DNA of 64,000 bases, from assembly GCA_029939715.1 (NCBI GenBank), contig JAOZSJ010000001.1:1614-65613 (forward strand), read 5' to 3'. The first letter of the stretch is position 1; every line of letters starts with the position of its first letter. The position numbers and the translations under genes were made by a program. This stretch comes from Desulfobacterales bacterium (GTDB lineage: Bacteria > Desulfobacterota > Desulfobacteria > Desulfobacterales > 4572-123). The notes beneath the pieces are model-generated. The model saw only the letters and a program-made list of their open reading frames with translations. It was not told the origin of the DNA and ran no database searches. Shown in pieces: positions 56,787 to 64,000 of this stretch.

Positions 56787-58472
56787 ATGAAACTTACTGG
56801 TGCACAGGTCCTGATGGAAGTGCTCAAGGATGAAGGAGTTGACACAATTTTCGGCTTTCCCGGAGGGGCGGTCATTGATTTGTACGATGAGCTTGTAAAA
56901 ACAGACATCCGGCATGTACTTGTCCGGCATGAACAGGGGGCCGTACATGCCGCGGACGGCTATGCCCGGGCCGGCAACAAGACCGGAGTCTGCCTGGTCA
57001 CATCAGGGCCCGGAGCCACCAACACGGTGACCGGCCTTGCCACCGCCTATATGGATTCCATCCCCCTTGTCCTCATCACCGGACAGGTGCCCACCCATCT
57101 GATCGGCAATGATGCTTTTCAGGAGGTGGACATCGTGGGCATCACCCGCTCCTGCACCAAACATAATTATCTGGTAAACAGCGCCGAGGAGTTGCCGAGA
57201 ATCCTCAAGGAAGCCTTTCATATTGCACGGTCCGGACGGCCCGGACCTGTTCTGATCGACATTCCCAAGGACCTGACTACCCGCACCATTGATTACCAGC
57301 CCATCAAACGGGTTAAAATCAAATCCTACAATCCCACCTATAAGCCGAATATACGGCAATTGACCAAAGTGGTACAACTCATAAAAAAAGCTGAAAAACC
57401 GGTTATATTCGCCGGCGGCGGAGTAATTCTCTCCAATGCCGCATCTGAAATAACCCAATTGGCCCACACGATACAAAGTCCGGTGAGCACATCGCTCATG
57501 GGGCTGGGATCACTGCCCGGAACAGACCCTCTGTGGCTGGGGATGCTTGGAATGCACGGCACCTATCGGGCAAACATGGCTATCAGCGACTGTGATCTGC
57601 TCATCGCCGTAGGGGTTCGATTTGACGACCGGGTAACCGGAAAAACCGATACATTCGCATCCCAGGCCAAAATCGTCCATATCGATATCGATCCCACATC
57701 CATCCGAAAAAATGTACCGGTCACCATTCCGGTTGTGGGTGACTGCAGAATGACCATCCGAAAGCTCAACGAAATGCTGGAAGAAGAAAACCTCGAGGGC
57801 ATCAACGCCGACAGAGCCCCCTGGATCAACCGGATCGAAAAGTGGAAAAACATGAGCAAACTGGCCTTTGCACAAAAAGAGACCATCAAACCGCAATATG
57901 TCATCGAAAAACTTTATGCGCTGACCAGCGGGCAGGCCGTTATTACCACCGAAGTCGGCCAGAACCAGATGTGGGCTGCGCAGTATTATCACTTTGACCG
58001 CCCCAACCATTTTATTACTTCCGGAGGCCTTGGCACCATGGGATTCGGTCTGCCGGCTGCCATCGGAGCGCAGATTGCATGCCCGGACAAACTGGTGGTG
58101 GACGTAGCCGGCGACGGCAGTATCCAGATGAACAGTCAGGAACTGATGACCGCGGTCGAATGTCGTCTGCCGGTCAAGGTAGTCATTTTAAACAATCGCT
58201 ACCTTGGAATGGTCAGGCAATGGCAGGAACTTTTCTATAACCGTCGTTATGCCTGTACAGCCATGGAACAGGCCCCTGATTTTGTCAAGCTGGCCGAAGC
58301 ATACGGTGCCACTGGCCTGCGGGCGGAAAAACCCGAAGAGGTGGAGGCGGTTTTAAAGGAAGGCCTTTTTTCCGACAAAACCGTTATCATGGATTTTGTG
58401 GTGGAACGTGAGGAAAGCGTATATCCAATGGTTCCCGCCGGAGCTCCCATCACGGAAATGCTGCTGGTATAA
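56787..58472 (+). CDS. ilvB: acetolactate synthase large subunit
   Basis: 561 aa ThDP enzyme: GFPGGAVIDLYD, GPGATNTVTGLATAYMDSIP, GGLGTMGFGLPAAIGA and GDGSIQMNSQELMT. Confidence 0.95.
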   Translation: MKLTGAQVLMEVLKDEGVDTIFGFPGGAVIDLYDELVKTDIRHVLVRHEQGAVHAADGYARAGNKTGVCLVTSGPGATNTVTGLATAYMDSIPLVLITGQVPTHLIGNDAFQEVDIVGITRSCTKHNYLVNSAEELPRILKEAFHIARSGRPGPVLIDIPKDLTTRTIDYQPIKRVKIKSYNPTYKPNIRQLTKVVQLIKKAEKPVIFAGGGVILSNAASEITQLAHTIQSPVSTSLMGLGSLPGTDPLWLGMLGMHGTYRANMAISDCDLLIAVGVRFDDRVTGKTDTFASQAKIVHIDIDPTSIRKNVPVTIPVVGDCRMTIRKLNEMLEEENLEGINADRAPWINRIEKWKNMSKLAFAQKETIKPQYVIEKLYALTSGQAVITTEVGQNQMWAAQYYHFDRPNHFITSGGLGTMGFGLPAAIGAQIACPDKLVVDVAGDGSIQMNSQELMTAVECRLPVKVVILNNRYLGMVRQWQELFYNRRYACTAMEQAPDFVKLAEAYGATGLRAEKPEEVEAVLKEGLFSDKTVIMDFVVEREESVYPMVPAGAPITEMLLV

Positions 58473-58518
58473 GGGCTGCGAACTTACACATAAACGATTG
58501 CATTGAAAGATTTTGATC

Positions 58519-59037
58519 ATGACTGAAAATAACAACCATTTTGACCCGGCAAACGAAGAAAAACATATTTTTACAATGCTGGTGGACAACCAGCCGGGCG
58601 TGCTGTCCAGAATTGTTGGACTGTTCAGCGGCCGTGGCTTCAATATTGAAAGTCTTTGCGTCGCAGAAACCATGGAACCGCTGATATCCCGAATTACCAT
58701 CGTCACCAAGGCCAATATGCCGCTGGTTGAGCAGATCAAGAAACAGCTCAACAAACTGATTAATGTCATCAAGGTCCGCGACATGACCGGTTCAAAGTCG
58801 GTTCAGCGGGAAATGGCCCTGATCTGCGTCAGGGCCTCAAAGGAACATCGCGCGGAAATCCTGCGTATCGTTGATATTTTCAGATGCAAGGTCGTTGATG
58901 TGGGTCAGGAGCATTACACCATTGAGGTGACCGGAGACCAGGGCAAACTCACGGCTCTGCTGAATCTTTTAAAACCCATGGGAATCAAAAAAATTGCCCG
59001 AACCGGTGCCATTGCACTCTACCGGGAACCCAATTAG
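58519..59037 (+). CDS. ilvN: acetolactate synthase small (regulatory) subunit
   Basis: The ACT domain HIFTMLVDNQPGVLSRIVGLFSGRGFNIESL is typical of IlvN/IlvH. ATG 58519 has better SD spacing than the track's TTG 58513. Confidence 0.9.
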   Translation: MTENNNHFDPANEEKHIFTMLVDNQPGVLSRIVGLFSGRGFNIESLCVAETMEPLISRITIVTKANMPLVEQIKKQLNKLINVIKVRDMTGSKSVQREMALICVRASKEHRAEILRIVDIFRCKVVDVGQEHYTIEVTGDQGKLTALLNLLKPMGIKKIARTGAIALYREPN

Positions 59038-59067
59038 AAACGGCGGGACAGAAGACAGAAATAACGA

Positions 59068-59086
59068 GGCAGGCCTTGTGCCTGCC
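59068..59086. repeat. GC-rich hairpin (REP-like) in the ilvN-ilvC spacer
   Basis: GGCAGGC-CTTGT-GCCTGCC is a perfect 7-bp stem with no T-run. It is preceded by a tandem GACAGAA GACAGAA (59047-59060). Its architecture is related to the GGTGGGC hairpin plus GACAG of the 34.2/63.5 kb elements, but the sequence differs. Confidence 0.4.
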
Positions 59087-59150
59087 CGCCAGAAATCAGG
59101 ATAGAAAAAACAAATAACCGATAACAAAAAATTAACAACCGGAGGATAAA

Positions 59151-60200
59151 ATGGCAAAAATTGATTTTGGCGGTGTTGTTGAAGAAGTCATCACATCGGA
59201 AGAATTTACACTGGAAAAGGCCCGCGAGGTACTCAAGGATGAAACAGTTGCCGTGCTGGGGTACGGCATACAGGGACCTGGCCAGGCTTTAAATATGAGG
59301 GACAACGGCATCAATGTCATCGTGGGACAGCGCGAGGGCGGAAAATCCTGGGACAAGGCTGTTGCCGACGGATTTATCCCGGGGCAGACGCTCTTTCCCA
59401 TCGAGGAAGCCGCAACTCGCGGAACCGTCGTTCAGTTTCTGCTGTCCGATGCCGGCCAGATGGAGACCTGGCCAAAAATTAAAAAATGTCTGAACCAGGG
59501 TGATGCACTATATTTTTCACACGGTTTTTCCATTGTTTACAAAGACCAGACCAAAATAATACCGCCTGACAACATCGATGTGATTCTGGCGGCTCCCAAA
59601 GGCTCGGGAACTACAGTTCGAACCAACTTTCTGGACGGCAGCGGCATCAATTCCAGCTTTGCCGTATTCCAGGATTTTACCGGCCGGGCCCGGGAAAGAA
59701 CACTGGCTCTGGGAATTGCCATCGGCTCGGGCTATCTCTTTCCCACCACATTTGAGAAAGAGGTTTCAAGCGATCTTACCGGTGAACGCGGGGTTCTCAT
59801 GGGCTGTCTGGCCGGCGTCATGGAAGCCCAGTACGATATTCTGCGCAAAAACGGACACAGCCCCAGTGAGGCCTTTAATGAAACCGTTGAAGAACTTACC
59901 CAGAGTCTGATCCGTCTTGTTGCTCAAAACGGGATGGACTGGATGTTCGGCAACTGCAGCACCACGGCCCAGCGTGGAGCCCTGGACTGGGCCCCGAAGT
60001 TCAAGGATGCCGTGACCCCGGTCTTTAAAGATCTTTATGAAAGTGTAATTACCGGGGAAGAAGCCAGGCGTACCCTGGAGAAAAACAGCTCACCAAATTA
60101 TCGTGAAGAACTCGATAAAGAACTTTCAGCGATACACAATTCGGAAATGTGGCGTGCCGGTGCAGCGGTACGCTCTTTGAGGCCTGAAAACCGCAAATAA
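59151..60200 (+). CDS. ilvC: ketol-acid reductoisomerase
   Basis: 349 aa class I KARI: VAVLGYGIQGPGQALNMRDNG, FSHGF and LFPTTFEKEVSSDLTGERG. GGAGG SD before the ATG. Confidence 0.95.
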   Translation: MAKIDFGGVVEEVITSEEFTLEKAREVLKDETVAVLGYGIQGPGQALNMRDNGINVIVGQREGGKSWDKAVADGFIPGQTLFPIEEAATRGTVVQFLLSDAGQMETWPKIKKCLNQGDALYFSHGFSIVYKDQTKIIPPDNIDVILAAPKGSGTTVRTNFLDGSGINSSFAVFQDFTGRARERTLALGIAIGSGYLFPTTFEKEVSSDLTGERGVLMGCLAGVMEAQYDILRKNGHSPSEAFNETVEELTQSLIRLVAQNGMDWMFGNCSTTAQRGALDWAPKFKDAVTPVFKDLYESVITGEEARRTLEKNSSPNYREELDKELSAIHNSEMWRAGAAVRSLRPENRK

Positions 60201-60302
60201 ACAAGACCGATGAAAGCCGGGGAGCAGAGATCTGTGAATTTCCTGCTCCCCGGCGGACCTTTAGCTCCAGACCCATTAACCCATAATTTCAGGTGCAGCA
60301 TA

Positions 60303-61898
60303 ATGGAACCAATCCTGTTATATGACACGACCTTAAGAGACGGTACCCAAGGCGAAAACATCAATTTCAGCGCCCGGGAAAAAATTCGAATTGCCCGGCG
60401 GCTGGATGATATCGGAATCCATTATATTGAAGGCGGCTTTCCCGGCTCGAATCCCCGGGACCTCGAATTTTTCAAACTGGCCCGGGAAATTGAATTCAAA
60501 CATGCCCGGCTTGCCGCCTTTGGCTCAACCCGCAGATCCGGTATCAGCCCGGACGACGATCCAAATCTTAAAACACTTGTCGAGAGCGACACTCCGGCGG
60601 CCACCATCTTTGGTAAAACCTGGGATCTTCATGTCAGGCAGATTATAGGAATTACCATGGAAGAAAATCTGGCCATGATCCAGGAAAGTGTACGTTTTCT
60701 TCATGAAAACAACATGGAGGTTATCTATGATGCCGAGCATTTTTTTGATGGTTATCGCGATAACCCCGATTATGCCTGTGAGACCCTTCTGGCCGCCTGC
60801 CGGGGGGGAGCCGCCGGCATCGTGCTTTGTGACACCAACGGGGGGGCCCTGCCTTTTGATGTTGAAGCCATTATCCCCGTGATTCAACAAAAATTAAAAG
60901 ATGAACTGGTTAAGGACGGCAACAGCACATCGATTAAAATTGGAATTCATACCCACGACGACTGTGGACTGGCCGCTGCCAACGCCATCGCGGCGGTACG
61001 TTCCGGAGCGACCATGGTCCACGGCACCATTAACGGATACGGCGAACGGTGCGGCAATGCTGATCTGACAACGGTCATTCCGCTGTTGAAACTGAAATTG
61101 GGTTATGACTGCATGACTGATAAAAATCTTGCCAAACTGAAAAAATTATCTCGTTTCGTCAGTGAAACAGCCAACATGACACCGTTGAGCAACCGGCCTT
61201 TTGTAGGTAAAAGCGCCTTTGCCCACAAAGGCGGTGTCCATGTCAGCGCCATCATGAAAAACGCCAGAGCATATGAGCATATGACACCTGAACTGACCGG
61301 GAACAAAAGACGTGTTCTTATCTCCGATCTGGCAGGAAAAAGTAATGTAGAATACAAGGCCCGGGAACTGGGTGTAAACCTTAATGCAAACGGATCCAGC
61401 AGCCGCCAGATTGTTTCCGAAATAAAAAAACTGGAGCAAAATGGATTTCAGTTTGATGTGGCCGACGGATCATTCAAGATCCTGCTTGAAAAATACACCA
61501 GACAGTTCAAGCCTCTGTTCGAACTGGAATCATTCCGGGTTTCCATCGAGAAAGACAAGGACCAGCCCTGCTCTTCCCATGCAACCATCAAGATAGCGGT
61601 GGGTGATAAAAAGGAAATCACCGCGGCCGAAGGCAATGGACCGGTAAGCGCTCTTGACAATGCCCTGCGCAAAGCCCTGGAAAAATTTTACCCGGGTCTG
61701 GACAGCATGGGTCTGGTCGATTTCAAAGTGCGGGTTATAGACGGCCGGGAAGGTACCGCTGCAAAGGTACGGGTCCTGATCGATTCGAGGGACAAAGATC
61801 AGATATGGAGCACAATCGGTGTGTCCGAGGATATTATAGAAGCAAGCTGGCAGGCCCTGGCCGACAGTTTTCAATTCAAACTGTCCAAAAAAAAATAA
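60303..61898 (+). CDS. cimA: (R)-citramalate synthase (LeuA-family, CimA type)
   Basis: MEPILLYDTTLRDGTQGENINFS...IGIHYIEGGFPGSNPRD. About 531 aa with a C-terminal LeuA-dimer regulatory domain. It closely resembles CimA of Geobacter/Leptospira type as I remember them. Start at ATG 60303 after AGGTG; the track ORF starts at 60210. Confidence 0.8.
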   Translation: MEPILLYDTTLRDGTQGENINFSAREKIRIARRLDDIGIHYIEGGFPGSNPRDLEFFKLAREIEFKHARLAAFGSTRRSGISPDDDPNLKTLVESDTPAATIFGKTWDLHVRQIIGITMEENLAMIQESVRFLHENNMEVIYDAEHFFDGYRDNPDYACETLLAACRGGAAGIVLCDTNGGALPFDVEAIIPVIQQKLKDELVKDGNSTSIKIGIHTHDDCGLAAANAIAAVRSGATMVHGTINGYGERCGNADLTTVIPLLKLKLGYDCMTDKNLAKLKKLSRFVSETANMTPLSNRPFVGKSAFAHKGGVHVSAIMKNARAYEHMTPELTGNKRRVLISDLAGKSNVEYKARELGVNLNANGSSSRQIVSEIKKLEQNGFQFDVADGSFKILLEKYTRQFKPLFELESFRVSIEKDKDQPCSSHATIKIAVGDKKEITAAEGNGPVSALDNALRKALEKFYPGLDSMGLVDFKVRVIDGREGTAAKVRVLIDSRDKDQIWSTIGVSEDIIEASWQALADSFQFKLSKKK

Positions 61899-61919
61899 AC
61901 CATAAGGGAGAAACCAACC

Positions 61920-63458
61920 ATGAGCGATCGCATCTATATTTTTGATACAACTTTAAGAGACGGTGAACAGTCCCCGGGTGCCAGCATGAATGCCGGAGAA
62001 AAAATACGCCTTGCCATCCAGCTTGAAAAACTGGGGGTGGATATTTTAGAGGCTGGATTTCCAGCGGCCTCCAAGGGAGATTTTGATGCCGTATCCCTAA
62101 TTGCCGGCAAGGTACAAAAAATGGAGGTCGCGGCTCTGGCCCGCACGGGACGCGATGATATCGACCGGGCCTGGCAGGCGATCCAACACGCGGCCAAGCC
62201 CAGAATCCATACCTTTATCGCCACATCTGATATCCATATGAAATACAAGCTGGATATGACCCGTGACCAGGTGATCGATGCAACAGTGGATGCCGTCAAA
62301 TATGCCCGATCTTTTACCGACCGGGTTGAATTTTCAGCTGAAGACGGCTCCCGCAGCGATCGGGATTTTCTGTGCCGGGTTTTTGAAGCCGCCATTGACG
62401 CCGGGGCCACCACCATCAATCTTCCGGATACCGTGGGGTATGCCATACCCGAAGAATTTTCAGACCTGGTCAAATACGTCATGGCCCACACGCCCAACAT
62501 CCACAAGGCGGTTTTGAGCGTGCACTGCCACAACGATCTGGGTCTGGCCACGGCCAACACCCTGGCGGCCATCAATGCCGGGGCCCGCCAGGCCGAAGTA
62601 ACCATCAACGGTATTGGCGAAAGGGCCGGGAACACTTCCCTTGAAGAGGTGGTCATGGCCCTGAATACCCGTCCCAACTTTCTACCGGTAACCACCAACA
62701 TCCAAACCGAATATATCTACCCCACCAGTCGCCTGGTGAGCATGATCTCCGGCATCCTGGTACAGCCCAACAAAGCCATTGTTGGTGCCAATGCCTTTGC
62801 TCATGAGGCCGGCATCCATCAGGACGGGGTCCTGAAAAACCCCATGACCTATGAAATCATGAGCCCGGAAACCATCGGCCTGAGCACCAATAAGCTGGTC
62901 CTTGGCAAACACTCGGGCCGCCATGCCCTGCGCTCGCACCTGAAAAACCTGGGATATGACCTGACCGACGAAGAGTTAAAACTGATGTTTATCAAATTCA
63001 AGGATCTGGCCGACAAGAAAAAAATGTTGGTGGATGAGGATCTGGAAGCATTGGTCACCGAAAGCATTCTGCGAACCGATGATATTTTCCACCTGGAATA
63101 CCTGCATGTCATCTGCGGCAACACCGTATTGCCCATGGCCAGCATCAAAATCTCTATCAACGGCCGGTCGATACAGGGTGCGGATTATGGCAACGGCCCC
63201 ATTGATGCTACCTACAACACCATTTCAAAACTTGCCGGGACCAAGCCTGAACTCCTGCGATTTTCCGTCAGCGCACTTACCGGCGGCACCGACTCTCAGG
63301 GCGAAGTAACAGTGCGGCTGCGGGAAAACGGGCTGGTAGCACTGGGACGAGGGTCTGATCCGGATATTATCACCGCCAGCGCCAAAGCCTTTGTTAACGG
63401 CCTCAATCGTCTGGAATATCTGAAGGCCAATCCCATCCAGGCTTCGCAGGTTTTGTAG
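61920..63458 (+). CDS. leuA: 2-isopropylmalate synthase
   Basis: 512 aa. IFDTTLRDGEQSPGASM, HCHNDLGLATANTLAAINAGA and HEAGIHQDG, plus a C-terminal regulatory domain. Confidence 0.95.
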   Translation: MSDRIYIFDTTLRDGEQSPGASMNAGEKIRLAIQLEKLGVDILEAGFPAASKGDFDAVSLIAGKVQKMEVAALARTGRDDIDRAWQAIQHAAKPRIHTFIATSDIHMKYKLDMTRDQVIDATVDAVKYARSFTDRVEFSAEDGSRSDRDFLCRVFEAAIDAGATTINLPDTVGYAIPEEFSDLVKYVMAHTPNIHKAVLSVHCHNDLGLATANTLAAINAGARQAEVTINGIGERAGNTSLEEVVMALNTRPNFLPVTTNIQTEYIYPTSRLVSMISGILVQPNKAIVGANAFAHEAGIHQDGVLKNPMTYEIMSPETIGLSTNKLVLGKHSGRHALRSHLKNLGYDLTDEELKLMFIKFKDLADKKKMLVDEDLEALVTESILRTDDIFHLEYLHVICGNTVLPMASIKISINGRSIQGADYGNGPIDATYNTISKLAGTKPELLRFSVSALTGGTDSQGEVTVRLRENGLVALGRGSDPDIITASAKAFVNGLNRLEYLKANPIQASQVL

Positions 63459-63467
63459 GCTGCAGGC

Positions 63468-63530
63468 ATCGTAGGGTGGGCTGTGCCCACCGACAGAAAG
63501 AATACCTTCAACCTTCAATCTTTGAATGAT
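63468..63530 (+). repeat. REP-like hairpin element, copy B
   Basis: CATCGTAGGGTGGGCTGTGCCCACCGACAGAAAGAATACCTTCAACC... with core hairpin GGTGGGC-TGT-GCCCACC (63476-63492). It is homologous in inverted orientation to 34141-34203. Confidence 0.7.
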
Positions 63531-63540
63531 TACAGAAAAA

Positions 63541-63575
63541 GGGGGGCGCATACAAGGTATGGCCCCCCTTTTTTT
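63541..63575. terminator. bidirectional rho-independent terminator between leuA and the convergent small gene
   Basis: GGGGGGC (63541-63547) / GCCCCCC (63562-63568) stem with a 14-nt loop, a 7-T run (63569-75) and AAAA upstream. Confidence 0.7.
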
Positions 63576-63598
63576 GTTTACCAACCAGCAGGTATTGA

Positions 63599-63853
63599 CT
63601 ACCTGTGTAGCAGAATAGATTGATATCTCTTTGCCCCAAACATATTTCTGCCCAGGGAATTAAAAAAAGCCATCAACCATTTGATACCTTTTCTGCTAGG
63701 TTGTAAATTTTTTTCCAGTTCCAGTAAACCATATCCGCAGTCACATTCCGGCAAACGATGATTACAATAGGGGCATTTTCGGACTGCGGAATGAGTCGGA
63801 TATCCGACTTCAAAAAATCGATAATCTGTGTAATTATTTGTTTTTATAGTCAT
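63599..63853 (-). CDS. small Cys-rich hypothetical protein (84 aa)
   Basis: ATG 63853 is preceded by AAGGAG at a 6-nt spacing. It contains CPYCNHRLPECDCGY (CxxC-x6-CxC). The track ORF extends to 63994 without SD support. Confidence 0.4.
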   Translation of the reverse strand: MTIKTNNYTDYRFFEVGYPTHSAVRKCPYCNHRLPECDCGYGLLELEKNLQPSRKGIKWLMAFFNSLGRNMFGAKRYQSILLHR

Positions 63854-64000
63854 TTTAAACTCCTTTTGTTTTATTATTTTTAAAGCAATGGGCTTATATT
63901 CCCTCCGAAAATGAAAAGCAATACTTTTTTTGTTTTTCGTACCTGAATTTGCAGAATATTCATCATCCATGCCATTAAACCTGTATTCGTGCATTGAAAG

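Noticed and set aside
60210-60302. Upstream in-frame extensions of track ORFs: cimA 60210-60302, carbamoyltransferase 23767-23817, GT-C 22056-22154, CpsB 26765-26926, lipoprotein 34738-34842, small Cys ORF 63854-63994
   Set aside because: The internal ATGs fit the family N-termini and/or have an SD at proper spacing. They also avoid long overlaps with the upstream gene.

Overview
This 64-kb window is densely coding chromosomal DNA. Gene content and protein sequences suggest a Desulfobacterota (deltaproteobacterial) genome, but I cannot verify that without a database. I found no rRNA, CRISPR array, transposase or prophage.

Layout:
- 0.2-1.4 kb: two convergent single-domain response regulators. 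One has no usable start codon.
- 1.5-17.1 kb, minus strand: a long housekeeping array of tRNA-Cys/tRNA-Gly, pgsA, folK, dapF, argH-argG-argD-argB, hslU-hslV, xerC, a HAD hydrolase, a Lys-rich small protein, an SPFH/NfeD pair, a family-4 UDG and coaBC.
- 17.4-34.1 kb: a surface polysaccharide/glycoconjugate locus. It holds a GT2, a B12-radical-SAM enzyme, a Thr-tailed secreted protein, a GT-C, a carbamoyltransferase, two Wzy_C/O-antigen-ligase-like TPR fusion paralogs, a CpsB-type phosphatase, a Wzc-type tyrosine kinase, Wza and an OM beta-barrel.
- 34.3-37.1 kb: envelope and division genes (lipoprotein, small TPR protein, ftsB, murJ).
- 37.1-43.3 kb: a tightly packed five-gene atypical Hsp70 module. 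It consists of a 779-aa Hsp70 paralog with an inserted zinc ribbon, a Zn-ribbon/TM/LysM membrane protein, a 685-aa TPR-like protein, a J-like protein lacking HPD, and a divergent GrpE-like protein. This is my best candidate for an undescribed system.
- 43.5-63.5 kb: rpsT, lptE, leuS, rng, yajC-secD-secF, dprA-topA and an ilvB-ilvN-ilvC-cimA-leuA operon. The operon is preceded by an Ile/Leu/Val-rich leader peptide with a terminator/antiterminator attenuator.

Smaller-scale signals include a REP-like hairpin element present in at least two copies, a CAGCCTN tandem array, and several palindromes or short repeats in promoter-proximal spacers. All product calls come from motifs I recognise by eye in the supplied translations. 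No database search was run.
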